Part shown: one piece after another, positions 43,471-60,150 of the stretch
Layout: the number at the start of each line of letters is the position of its first letter
Position numbering within the stretch: position 1 is the first letter of the stretch
Assembly (NCBI RefSeq): GCF_009914755.1
Contig: NC_060927.1
Source of the DNA: the human T2T-CHM13v2.0 reference genome, Homo sapiens
DNA length: 64,000 nt
Strand: one strand, 5' to 3'
Position numbers and translations under genes: made by a program
The notes under the pieces: generated by a model
What the model saw: the letters and a program-made list of their open reading frames with translations, nothing else
Databases searched by the model: none
What the model was told of the DNA's origin: nothing

Positions 43471-44049
43471 GTGGAGATGGGCATATATATACATATGGAT
43501 AGATCAATAGAGATAGAAAGATTAAAAAGGAGATAGAAAAGAAGATTAAGTTTGAAGGAGAGAAAATGAAAAGGAAAAATGAAAGAGGGAAACTTGATGG
43601 TATACAATATTTTTAAAAGGAAGGAAAGAAAATCAGTGCCACAAGTGGCCAGCTGAGCTATGGGAAAAAATGTTGCTTATTCCCCCACTGTAATAGATGG
43701 AAAAGCAGAAGAGTTAAGTGAAGATATAGAGCAAAAAGGTACACAAAAACTTCCTATAAGAGTGTTTATCTGAAAGAGCTTCTTCCCAATAAAGTATAAC
43801 AGAACAGAAGGACTTTTGGAAAGGGTATGTAGGAAAGTGTCAAGATTAAAAGATGGAGGAATTTGGAGAGTTTAGAATAGAGATGTTTTCAATAGAAGAG
43901 TTCTACTAGGATTCATTCACATTATTTTTGTATTCCAAATGAGGAGTTTTATTCCTATAAATCAGACATTACATTAAAATATTACCTTCTAATAGGGCCA
44001 TTCCATATTTCCTTGTAAAATACCCACCACCTTGTCTCCCCAATTCACA

Positions 44050-44243
44050 TCATCCTGTTTTATCACACCCTGTATTTAAAATTATCTTGTTTATTTACAC
44101 GCTCATTTCCTACCTCCCTACCATCCTTAATTTATAAAATCCAGAAGAGTAGATACCTTGCCTATCTTTCTTACTGCATATCCCCATTGTCTAGAACAAT
44201 GTCTGGTAGGGGCTATGAGCCCAAACAATAGTTGTTGAATGAA
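44050..44243 (+). mobile_element. L2 3' end
   Basis: ACTGCATATCCCCATTGTCTAGAACAATGTCTGG...GTTGTTGAATGAAT. Confidence 0.7.
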
Positions 44244-44507
44244 TACTACTTTATGACTTTGCCACATAATTCAGCAATTCCAGTAAAGCATACTCAAGTT
44301 GGAGATATGAATAACCGAGATCTAGAGAGTGGCATAATAGTGTGGATAAAATTTAAAAGCAAAAACAAAAAGTGGTTATTCAGAGTACAAGAGATACGTC
44401 ATAGAACTGCCTGATGTAGGTGCTAGATTTAGCCAGCTAGGGACCCTAGAAGCAAAATACTGAAATAAAGTTAGGTGAGAGAATAGATATGAAAGTTACA
44501 TCTTGAG

Positions 44508-44683
44508 AAATGATTCTCAAAGTGTGGTCCAGGTTCAGCAGGATCAACATCACCTGGACAATTGTAAGAAATTCAAATTATCATCCCCACCTGAGAAATA
44601 CTGAATCAGAGACACCGGGGCTCAGTGTATTTTAACAAGCTGTTCAGCTGCTTCTAAGCCAGGTGAAGTTTGAGAACCACTGC
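44508..44683. mobile_element. MER5A MITE
   Basis: TTCTCAAAGTGTGGTCC...CATCACCTGG...AAGTTTGAGAACCACTG. Confidence 0.8.
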
Positions 44684-44697
44684 TTTGGCAGTGAGGA

Positions 44698-45842
<1,145 letters not shown>

Positions 45843-48150
45843 TGTATACATGAATAATATTCTATGGAAAGTTTATATTTTACAAGTCTCCCTCCACTGG
45901 AGGGACTCAGGACAAAATTAGAGTTTATGGAAGACAGAATTTGTACATCAAAAAAGTAGGGCTTAGACTGTTTTATTACTGAGTTATCTTCCAATTTTGA
46001 AAGACAATGATTCTAAAAGCCTTTACTCCACATTTAGCCCACTGTAGATAAATACTTAAAATGAAATTTCTTCAAATCTATTCTTTTTATTAGAAAATAA
46101 TTTAATTTTCTCTAAATTGCAGTCATCTCCATTAGCTAAGAACTGACAATTGAAGGGTTGAACACAACTGCTCTTATTGCATTAACATGGAGACAAGCAT
46201 CACTTATCTCTACATATTACCTGGTTCTGTTTAAGGAAAATTTGTGCAGGGACTCCAATTTTTCACTTAAAAATTGCAAAAAATAATACTCTGTAATGTT
46301 CCATAACAAAAGAAAAAATCAAACTAAATGAAAATAAAAATATTAGCCTAATATGTGGAAATCAGAAATAGGTTTCCAGGATCTCACATAACGCACATTG
46401 AGAGTTTTATTAGAATCCTCTGCCAATGAAGTATTGCTTTGCTGTTCAAAATAAATGCTGTAACAGCTTTCCAAATCATCTACATTGCCACCACAGACAA
46501 TATCTTTGCCAGCCACATCAAACTAACTGGAAAAAAACATAAACAAGTACCAAAATGCATTCGCTAATGAATGATCTTAGGGGAGACCCCCAGAGAGAGC
46601 AGCAAAGTAAAATTTAAATTGGTGTCGTGACTGAGGTAGACAACTAGACAGCTGGGAATTATAGTTTGGAAGTGTCAGATAGTGATAGAAACCAAGTGAG
46701 CATTCTAATGATCTAATGAGAGACAGACTAAGATTGGGTCAAAGACAAGGTGCCAAAAACTGACAGAAAAGCTTCATTGGGTGTAAATAATTGAGATAAG
46801 TAAGTAATTCTATGAAGTTTCATGGTCAGATGCAGATACTTTTCATTTGGTTATTCTGTGACGTTCACTTATGGCAGAACTACATGATCCTAAAACACTT
46901 AAATTTACCAAATACAGATAATCCAAATTATCTGGGACTTCCTCCATCTTGCTTTGAGGCAAGAACCACTTTCTCATATTGTTTTTGGAAATGGGAGGAT
47001 TGATTTTCATAAGAGAGGGTTTGGGTTTATCAGAGCTGGTCCTACAGTCTTTGTCCAGAATGTGTTGGTAAGTTTAAAACAATAAGGTCCTCAGAAAATG
47101 AAGGCCTGAGCTGGAAACAGAGTAAAAACATGACTCTTTGTGTATACTCAGGTGTTTGCTACATAAACCTGGATTAACGTACATTTGTCAGAAAGTTTAA
47201 TAGATATCAATTTGACCTTACTATTCTGCAAATAAGTTATAATAAAAACACAAATAGTATATTTAGGATCTATCATTTGGCTATGTAGAAGGTTGAAAAC
47301 AATGTCTTCTACGTAAGTATTTCATAGTTTTTAAAGTTAAGACTTGTTAATCATGTACTCACCAACTGTGAGATTTACAATATACATAGCACGCTTTTGT
47401 GGCTTTATACCCACACAAAATCAGATTCTTTAATACTTGTTTTCAATTGGTATACCTATCTATAACAAAAATTATGTAATTGCCTTTCCAATATAATTAT
47501 CTTTGAAAAACATCTGCTCAACCAAATTTTTGCTCTCAAAGAACATATTTTTGTTGTTGTTTCAATTATGAAACTTTCTTCACATATTGGAGTCATGACT
47601 ATTATGACAATTTGCAATCCTCACTATTGGCATATTGTGGGACCTAGACATATCCGGATGCTGAATTTGTCTTGTGGGCTTACAATGGCCACAGATGTTG
47701 ATGCTAATAATATAACAGTATGGCATGGTTAGTCATCTAAATGAACTAGTAAGAATATGAAATATGTACCAAGTAAAATTACTGCAATGCTATAGTAATA
47801 TAGTAATATTTTCCTGTTTCCTTTTGTGTTGTGTTTTTCAGGTTTGAGTAATGAACCAATACCTTTCAAATAGTATTCTCTTTATCATTGATAAAGTATT
47901 CCTAAAGTCAAATGAAAGTTCCAGAATCTTATCTACTCAAAGAAATTATACATTATGAACTTAACTAATAATGATGAAATTTTCAATCATTTTGTTCTTT
48001 TTAAAATGACTTTTCTCATTCTAAAGGTAATATATATACGTCTTTGAAAAAGCTAGGTGCAAAGCATGAAGAGTAAGTAAACTTAAAATTTGCATAAGTA
48101 AATGAAGAAAATACTCAGTTCTGCAAAAACAGAAAACAATTGCTTAATCA

Positions 48151-48346
48151 CCTCTGTCCTACCATAGGACAGAGGCCAGGGATCACAGAGCACTTAGATA
48201 AAATGAAAAGAGAACACTCTTGATGTACATAAACAGAGATAAAGTCTCACTCTTTTTGTACATATGGAACATTACAGAGTATTATTTTTTGCAATTTTTA
48301 AGTGAAAAATTGGAGTCCCTGAAAAGTTTGGAGTCTGAAAAGTTTG
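48151..48346. other. Complex locally templated insertion (hairpin + direct copy + inverted copy + microduplication)
   Basis: 48174-48246 matches 50613-50653 + 50933-50964 (71/73); 48263-48321 is the exact reverse complement of 46247-46305 (59/59). Confidence 0.9.
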
Positions 48347-49297
48347 CTGGGGAAAGATGTGTTTATTAGACTGAAGAACTGAGTTTTTGAGCAAATAATT
48401 TGTCTGGTTATTAAAAATCATATTTTAAATTAATGCACAAGATATTCATATTGTCTGATTATGTATAGCATTAGACAATCTCTACAAAATTTTTCAAATT
48501 ATTAGTCAGATGTAGAGTTCATAATTTCTAGTGATGGGGGTTCCAGGTAGGTAAATCATGAAAAATTACTTATTTCTGAATTATATTATAACTTATAAAA
48601 ATGAAAATATTTACCTTTTAAAGAATATTGTGAGCAAATATATATCTAGCATAAACAGCTGTGTTACTACACACACACAGCAAATGTCACAATACTGTTT
48701 TAGAGTTGCATTCCAGAGAGAAATATTTCAAGGACACCATGGCAGTTGACGCAGGTGAAAAAGGAATGGTGGCTACTACGTGAAGAGAATTTTTAAATCC
48801 AAATATGCGCACAATGTTCAAATACCATAGCAGCACAGAGCAGCTGCTCAGGGAAGTCTTGGAGGGTTCTTACTTTAAGTTTATTCGGCCCTTCCTTTTC
48901 TATCTTTCTAAGGTGTTGGTTTAAAACTTCTGACTTTAGACCTTTCTTATTTTCTAATGTAAGCATTGAGATCTCTTTAGTTTCTCTTGATAATAGTTTC
49001 TGTATACAATTTTTGCTAATATTTTATTTGATTTTCTCTTAGGCAGTTGGAACATTTTTTAATGTTACTCTAAATATTATCTTTCAACATCATATTTTGA
49101 ACGTTTAAAGGGAATGAGCTGGAGAAACAGCTTTCAATTAGATTACATACCCCAGTATTTTGTTAATACTAAAATTCTAGAAAGAATCTTCTAACAAATA
49201 TTCATAAGTGATGATGAAATTTAAAGAAAACAAAATACTTCCCCCTCAAAAGAAAAAAAAGTTTATTTAAAACCCTATAGAATGATACCTTCTGGAA

Positions 49298-49335
49298 GAC
49301 CCAGTGGCCTAATGGATAGGGCATTGGCCTCCTAA
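49298..49335 (+). pseudogene. Tailless retropseudogene: 5' half of tRNA-Arg(CCT)
   Basis: GACCCAGTGGCCTAATGGATAGGGCATTGGCCTCCTAA vs recalled human tRNA-Arg-CCT GCCCCAGTGGCCTAATGGATAAGGCATTGGCCTCCTAA; flanked by 15 bp TSD (13/15). Confidence 0.85.
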
Positions 49336-50556
49336 AATGATCCCTTCTCATGTAAATGCTTCTCGATCGAAAATTACCATCACCCAAGGAAAAAGTTATT
49401 CATATCTAATAACCATAAGTTCTTTTAGCATAACTGGGATTTCCTCAACCTATTCATATAAATGAAATCACATTTCTAACAGTAATTCAAATTTCGCTGG
49501 TTCTCACCCACATCTAGCCATATAAGAATTTCAGTAATTTGAAAATGCTTGCCCCATATTCCTTCTCCCTGCTTAATTATCCTGTGAGTGACCAGAAAAC
49601 CTCTGACAATTGGTACACTATCCAGTCAGTTCCTGTGAGGTGCTTCCATTACCCACCCAGGTCTGCCACAATTCTGCGAGGATAGCTGCTGCTCACCAGA
49701 TACCACCAAAGACTGTTTTTGTGCAGGAAGATGTGGTGGTGAATCCTGGGAGAATTCCTCTGTGACCTGTCTTTTCCACTCTGCTAAGAGGATTTAAAAA
49801 CCTTGATGCTTATGCATCAAAATTTTAGAGAACTTTATTTATAACTCCTCTACATTGTATAGGATCCAGTGGGGAAAGGAGGGAGTCAGAAGACAAATCT
49901 AAATGTTAGAAACTATAATATTACCAATTATTAACTACTGAAATATATCTTAATAATTTTACATAATTTTCTTTACAATTTTCCAAACCCACAGGCAGAT
50001 TTGTGTAAATATATTTGACATTATATATGGTGTGTGTGTGTGCATGTGAGAGAGAGACAGAGAAAGAGAGAAAGATGGAGGGAAACATATTAGTCTCACA
50101 TAACATGAGAGTAACATAAGCAGAATTTTTTTAAAAAGAACAGAAAGTTCTATTGCTATCCAAAAGTTCTTATAAGGAGAAAGGGGAAACCTTCCCACTT
50201 AGGTAGAAATGTATACACCTGCACAGACACAGACACACACATGCATGCAAAACACATAAAAAGAGAGAGTTGGCTGTCATTCATATTCCATAATTTGAGA
50301 GATATTGATGAGACATTTATCTCACAATTTTCCTAAAACCGAAGTCAAAAGTTCTAAACATTTAGATTCATCTGTCTCAAGTTTTTACAACTCGTTTTAC
50401 ATTGAGAATGAAATTATTGATTAGGTGTATCCAGAGCACCATGGCCAGGAAAGATACATAAAACACTTAGGGAAGAAGTGTGGTATCAGCCATCCATTAG
50501 CTCAAAGAAGTTCCTTTGTCCAGCAAATCTGAGTCAGGAAGATACTCTTCCTGTAA

Positions 50557-50927
<371 letters not shown>

Positions 50928-51595
50928 GAGAACGCTCTTGATGTACATAAACAGAGATAAAGTCAACTCTGTGAAATGTGCAGCATTTTTCACAGCAAAT
51001 CGGAGGGAAAAAATGCCCTATAGATTTCCTCTGACAAAACTCTGGCATTTAAATTGAACTTTGATTTCTGCACTAAATGGCACATATAATGTCACTTTCT
51101 CCTGAAAATCCAATAAATCTACAGTAAAGAATTTTTTTAAAGCATAACCTGAGAAGCACGGAGGAACAGCAAATGATACAGCAGAAGACAAGTGGCAGAA
51201 AAGGTGATTGATAGAGAATATCCAAGAAAACCAAACCTTAGTTCAGCTAGTGAAGAAAGCTGAGAAATAATTTAGTTTATATCAAAGAATGCTTAAGTTT
51301 TATGGACTTATACATCAGATACCTCTCTAACTGGGAAGTCAGGGAAGCATAAATATAAGGAGGATTAGGTTAACGTTGTTTGAGAAGCATTAAACTTGCC
51401 ATTTTATATTTCTTGAGAAAAGTCTCCCTCCCCATTGCCTCATCATCATTACTTTTTCTGAAGATGTATTCATTAGAAAGGATGTAATGAAAAGTCTTTG
51501 CAGTGGATTATGGTAGACGGGCTCTAACCTAAAACAGAGGGATTAGTGAACATATGCATCCAGAATGCCAAATGCCAAAGACCAAAGACCCCTTC

Positions 51596-52008
51596 TTTTA
51601 TAGTTTGGATTTGTGTCCCTGCCCAAATCTCATGTCCAGTTATAATCCCCAGTGTTGGGGGTGCAGCCTGGTGGGAGGTGATTAGATCATGGGGGGTGAA
51701 TTTTTCATGAATGGTTTAGCACTATCCCCTTGATGCTGTTCTCATGATAGTGAGTTCTCACAAGATCTGGTTGTTTAAAAGTGTGTAGCACCTCCCCACC
51801 TCACTCTCACTCCTGCTTTTACTGTGGGATATGCAAGCTCCCACTTGGCCTTCCACGATTGTAAGCTTCCAGAGGACTCCCCAGGAGCAGATGCTGATGC
51901 TGTGCTTTCCCGTACAGCCTGTAGAACTGAGACATTTAAACCTCGTTTCTTTATAAATTACCCAGTTTCAGGTATTTCTATATATCAATACGAGAGCTGA
52001 CTAACACA
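51596..52008 (+). mobile_element. MSTA-like MaLR solo LTR
   Basis: ATAGTTTGGATTTGTGTCCCTGCCCAAATCTCATG...GACTAACACA; TSD CCTTC. Confidence 0.9.
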
Positions 52009-52165
52009 CCTTCTAAAAAAACTTTCAGAAAGCTGATAGCCCAACTGTTAGTCTCCATGTAAAATACAGAAAAAAATTCTCTGGGGAATCTGTCAAGCCC
52101 AAGAGAAACACCTACACATACAGACCTAAGTTTCCAATAAAGTTATCACCTAGATTATCCTAGAA

Positions 52166-52385
52166 CAACGTTTCTTAACAGTGGCATTATTAACATTTTA
52201 GACTGGATAATTCTTTGTTGTATGGGGCTGTCCTGGGCATTGCAGGATGTTTAATAACACCCTTGGCCTCTTCCCTTTAGATACCAGTAGCACTTCCCCT
52301 CTCTGATTCATGATGATGAAAAATGTCTTCAGGCATTGCCAAATATCCTGTGAGAGGCAAAATTACACTTCGTTAAGAATCAGTG
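52166..52385. mobile_element. MER20 hAT-Charlie MITE
   Basis: TTTTAGACTGGATAATTCTTTGTTGT...GGGGCTGTCCTGGGCATTGCAGGATGTTTA...CATTGCCAAATATCC. Confidence 0.88.
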
Positions 52386-53039
52386 CCTTAGAGTGACACT
52401 TTAACCATCTTCCCACATCTCCCACTCTCACCTTAATTAGAAATACCAAGTATCTGAAGAAAATCTCTACATAGAAAATAGAAATCAAAATAAACAAAGA
52501 ACAAAAATAATAGAAAAACAGACTATGAGAAGAAAGTTTCAAAATATCTTTAATATAATTTGAGAGATTAGTCATTGCTTTAATACAGCAGTCATGAAGT
52601 CTTTAGAAATCTCTATCGAGAACAAATATGAGTTCCTGAAAATTAAAAATAAGACAAATTGAAGGAAAAAATAGATGGATTAGAAGACAAAGTTTAAATA
52701 TTAAAGAAATATATTAAAGCGAAGAGAAAATAGTTGAGAAAATATATTAAATCCAGAAGAGTAGTTTTTGAGGCACAACCTCTAAATAGGGGCTCTTGAA
52801 AAAGATAAAAAACTAAGGAGGACAAGGGATAAAAGAAATATTACAAGATAATTTTTGAGAAAAATTCGAGAACATCTAGTATTAAAGGACATGAGCCTCC
52901 TGACTGATCCCCGCAAAATGCATAAAGATAGTTCCAAGCCAAGGTACGTCACAACTCTCTGAACACCTGTGTCAGAGACATACTACAATCAGTGCAAAAT
53001 AAAAGAGACCAGAGTGACTTCATATTCTCCACAGTAACA

Positions 53040-53739
53040 TGGCTGCCAGGGCTCCCATGACAAAATTCCACAGATTAGGTAGCTGAGATGGTTTGGATGT
53101 TTGTCTCCTCCATATCTCATGTTGAAATGTGATCCCTGATGTCAGAGTGGGGAGTGTTCAAGTCACAGGGTCAGTCCTTCATGAACGGCTTGGTGCCCTC
53201 CCCACAGTAATGAATTCACGCAGGAGATGGCTGTTTAGAAGAGCCTGGCATCTCTGTTGCTCCCTGTCTCACCTTGTGATATGCCAGCTCCCCTTCCCTT
53301 CCACCATGACCAAAAGCTTCCTGGGCTTGACCAGAAGTCAAGCAGATGCTGATGTCATACTCGTACAGCCTGCAGAACCATGAGCCAAATAAACCTCTTT
53401 TCTTTATAACTTACCCAGCCTGAGATATTCCTTTATAGCTATGTAAATGGACAAATACAGTAGCTTAAACAAGAGAAATTTCTTTTCTTACAGCCTGGCA
53501 GTTAGGTGTCCAAGATATAAGTGTTGGTAGGTTTACTTTCTCCCAAGGCTAATCTCCATGACTTGCAGGTGGCTGCCTTCTCACTGCATTCTCACATGGT
53601 CAGTCATATTAAATTAAAGCCCTATGCTTATCTCATTTAACCTTATACCTCATTAAAAGCCCCATCTCCAAATATGGTTACATTGGGAGTTAGGGCTTCA
53701 ACATATGAAACTGAGGGGGACATAATTCAGTCACTAACA
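53040..53739 (-). mobile_element. MLT1A-like LTR split by an MSTB
   Basis: CAAAATTCCACAGATTAGGTAGC|TTAAACAAGAGAAATTT...CATAATTCAGTCACTAACA. Confidence 0.8.
53084..53459 (+). mobile_element. MSTB-like solo LTR
   Basis: TGAGATGGTTTGGATGTTTGTC...AAATGGACAAATACA; perfect TSD GTAGC. Confidence 0.88.
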
Positions 53740-53837
53740 TATGGGGAGCTGAAATACAAGAGCAAAGTACCTTCCAAACTCTGAAGAATAATAACTTCCA
53801 ACCTAAAATGTTATCATCACTTTAAAGAATGTATTGA

Positions 53838-55773
<1,936 letters not shown>

Positions 55774-56431
55774 AAGAATGTGCTGAGTGGAAAAATGGAT
55801 CAAAGACCCTTTCAATTTACTTACTACAGCCCACAAAAGTCATATTTATCCTGCCATCTACTACTCGTTAACCACCATGTTGGTTTTCTACCACACAACT
55901 AGCAGGTCGCAACATTCATGATCAAATTTAAAAAAAAAAGTCACTTAAGGGAATTTTAGCAAATGAGGAACAAAATTTACCCCTGCTCCCCACCAACCCC
56001 AATTTGAAACAAGTGGTTCTCATGTGGGAACTAAGAATTCAGAAGAAAACATAACAAGACTCCCAAGGGGATCTCCAGAGAGACTAGCTTAGCAACTGAA
56101 ACATTTGACTTTTTAAATTAAAAATTACATAAACAAATTGGCATGTGTTCACCACTAATAACCAGATTTGTGGTAAGACTTAGTGTAAGAAATATCACAA
56201 CCAGAGGGAAACATCATCACTCACACACACACACTGTCAGTGCACAAAGACAGAAAATGAAATTTTAAAAAAGCATTAGAGTACAGTTCCAAAAGCCTTA
56301 CAGTACTGATAATAACATATGAAAAAAAAGAAACAAAATTCAAAACATAAGATATTTTTTCTTGACTTGAAAAGAAAAAATCTGTGTTGCCTTCAGGAAA
56401 AAAGAATGTTGCCAAATCTTACTAAGGATTG

Positions 56432-56820
56432 TGCTATGGTTTGAATTTCCCTCCAAAACTCATGTTGAAACTTAATCCCCAATTTGACAGTATTGAGAAA
56501 TAAGGCCTTTAAAATGTGATCAGATCTTAAAGGATTAATCCATTGGGTTAACAAAGTATTGGTTTACTATGAGAGTGGAACTGATAGCTTTATAAAAAGA
56601 GGAAGAGACACCGGAATAAGCACTTTCAGCCTCCTTGCCAAGTGAAACCCTGCACCCCTTCAGGACTCTACAGAGTCCCCAGCAGCAAGTAGGCTCCCAC
56701 CTGATGCAGCTCCTATACCTTGAACTTCTCAGCCTCCATCACTGTAAAAAATTAATTCTTTTCAGTATAAATTATTCAGTGCCAGGTATTCTGTTATAAG
56801 CAATAGAAAACACTAAAACA
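56432..56820 (+). mobile_element. MSTB/MSTC-like solo LTR
   Basis: TGCTATGGTTTGAAT...CCAAAACTCATGTTGAAACTTAATCCCC...ACTAAAACA; perfect TSD GATTG. Confidence 0.88.
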
Positions 56821-57194
56821 GATTGATAAGGAAAGAAGTAAACTCGACATATTTGGGTAAAATTTACATACTAATGATAAAGAGAAAAACAGGTTAATAG
56901 AAAGAATGGATTATTTTAAAAACTAAAAGAATCTGTCATAGGATGGCTCAATATCTGCCACACTGAAAGCTAAAAAACCTGAAATAATATCTATAGACTA
57001 CTGAAAGAAAGAAGATTGCATTCCAAAGAGCCTATGCCCAATCAAAATATTAATCATCCCAAAGACATGTGAAGATTCAGAAATTATGTGGCTCATATGC
57101 TTATTCTGAAGAAAATTATAGGTGAAGTGCTGTTACCAAATAAAAATTAAATAATTTGTTTTACTGGGAAAAATAAATGAAATAAACATAATAA

Positions 57195-57540
<346 letters not shown>

Positions 57541-57885
57541 TATTGGTAAGTTTCAAAAGGTTATAGCTAATGTGATCAGAAATTTGTAACGTAAAGTTTA
57601 AGTCAAGGTGTCAGACATTGTTGCTAGTCAACAATATACAGTTCTTTCCTGGACACATGCTTCCTTGGGAGGACTCTGCTTTCTTAACTCCTTGGTGAGG
57701 CATGGCCATGTGACTTGCTTTGGTAAGTAGAAGCAATCTGTGCCTCTTTCATGGAAAAGCATTTATTTGCCATCTTCTGTTCTGCAATGTGTTCTTCTCC
57801 TCCTGCAAAATGAAAACATGTATTGATGTGACGATGCAGAATCTCACATAAAGGGCAACTACCCTGAGACTCACCCTACACCTGG

Positions 57886-58267
57886 TGTATTAGTCCACTT
57901 TCACATTGCTGTAAAGAAATATCTAGAGACTGGGTAATTTATAAAGGAAAGAGGTTTAATTGACTCAGCTCTGCATGGCTGGAGAGGCCTCAGAAAACTT
58001 GCAATCATGGTGGAAGGCGAAGGGGAAGCAAGTTTGGACCTTTTTCACATGGTGGCAAGAGAGAGAAGCGTGTGAGTGAAAGGGGAAGAGCCCCTTACAA
58101 AACCATCAGATCCTGTGAGAACTCAGCCACTATCATGAGAACAGCGTGGGGAAAACTGCCCTCGTGATCCAGTCACCTCCCACTGGGTTCCTCCCTTGAC
58201 ACATGGGGATTATGGGGATTACAAATCGAGATGAGATTTGAGTGGGGACACAGAACCAAGCATATCA
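57886..58267 (-). mobile_element. THE1C/D-like solo LTR inside an older MLT1-like fragment
   Basis: TGTATTAGTCC...GAGACTGGGTAATTTATAAAGGAAAGAGG...ATGGGGATTATGGGGATTACAA...CATATCA. Confidence 0.88.
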
Positions 58268-58599
58268 CTTGAGAAATAAATAAACAAAGCTTCGTTGACT
58301 ATAGTATAATCTGGATTTCTCTCACCAATATAGTACTATTTCTTGAAACTCATATACTCTAAATGGACACCTAATAATGGCCTAGTACTTAGTGTTCTAA
58401 ATCGTCTCAGCAAAACCTGGAACAGATGTGGAGGTGGGAGAGAAAGAGAAGAGGAGTGGAGGCAAGAAACAATGAATGTGGGAAAGTAAGATAATTTAAA
58501 GGTCTCATCTGGGGAGACAGAAGAGAAAACTGAAATAAACTTACTATTTTCTTTTAATATTATAATGGAGAAATATTGTTTAATTAGAAAAGTAAAAGG

Positions 58600-60150
58600 A
58601 ACTACTTACAGAACTGAAAATTACAGTAGCATGTTCAAATGAAAATGGAATAAAGGAATAAATTGGAGCTTGAACAAGCCAGAAAAAGTAAAATGAGGGA
58701 GAAAAAAGCAAAAACAACAATAAACATAAACAAAGGAACACATAAGCTTAAAAAGAGTGCTTTCAATAAAACCAATTAAATCTATATTGATGCAATCCAA
58801 ACATGCTGAGTTATGCTATAAAAATCCTAGACTGTTAAATAGGGTTCTAAAAACTAACCCCAGTTATATTTGTTTACAGGTAACAAATTAAGCAGTAAAA
58901 AAAAAAAAGTTGAAAATGAAAAGAATAAACACAGATAAAGAAATTTCAAACGAGTACAAGAAGAAGTAAAAACATATTACCAGAAAGAGGATTTCAAGGT
59001 CAAAAGCATCAAAAATAGAGAAAAAAAGTATTTAAGAATAAACTGTGTAATCTACATAGAAAGTATAGCAATATTCTCTTAAGCATCAAATTGTATTGCA
59101 GTTATATATATATCAAGCAAACACCCCTAGAAATAAAAGGTCAATGCAATAAAAGTACAATTATAGTGTGAGGTTTTAATACACCACTTTCAGAATTTGA
59201 CAGGTCCATCAAACCATGAATAAATACAGAAGACACAATAAACAAGCTCAATTTAGCATACCCATAAAAATAGTATTGTTCTTCATGTTATGTATTGCTA
59301 TTCTGTATCTACAAAGGAAAATTTAATAAGATTTCAATAAAATACATATTTGGCGGGCAATATTTCCTGCTCGATTGTGATATAAGAAAGCTTGAAAAAT
59401 AAGCAAAGTATTAAACAAATATTAATTATAAAGACACTGAGGGACACCTTCTTAAAAATCCATGATAAAATGGCAAAACCAAAACTGATATTGTGATTTA
59501 TCCAGAAAGAGAATCATCCACTCAAGAAGCAGAAACCTAATAAACACAAAGCAAGATGCTCAACTTTCAGGGAAAAGCAAATTAAAGCAATAAATACATA
59601 CCATATTTTAGATATTAATTTTAAAAAAGAAAGTGCAATACATTCAATGCTGAGGAATAACAGGATGAAAACTGCTTTCTCATACTTCACTGTCAGAACT
59701 ACAAACTAATACACTTTTGTGAAAAATATATAGTATCCTTTAACCATGTTTAGAAATAACTCTATATCAGAAATTGAAATAAATACTTAAGATTATATTT
59801 TAAAGATTTCTGGAAGTATTTCTGTGAAATAAAAGACCAAGGAATATCTGAAAAACCCATTAAGAACAGAATAAAAAAATTAGTTGTGTTACATTTATTC
59901 TATGCAATACTATGCAATTATAACAAAATAACTTTGGAAAAGAAGTGTTTCTTTTGATTTAAAGGAATATTGATGATGAATTGTTGAATAGGAGAAAGAA
60001 GTTGCTGATTAATGTTATATAATGTTGATCCTATTTCTGTAAAGTCAAACAATAGGCCCACATATTCTTAAAAAACTCCTTCATATGTGCATTTTTATAT
60101 GACAGTGGAAATGTGAAAGAATACACAAAAGCTGTTAATAAAATATCAGT
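58600..60150 (+). mobile_element. Highly degraded L1ME-type fragments
   Basis: A-rich sequence with endonuclease-region and 3'UTR-like motifs (ACAATTATAGTGTGAGGTTTTAATACACCACTTTCAGAATTTGACAG). Confidence 0.5.

Noticed and set aside
49298-49335. Functional tRNA gene
   Set aside because: No 3' anticodon stem, T arm, B box or 3' acceptor strand.
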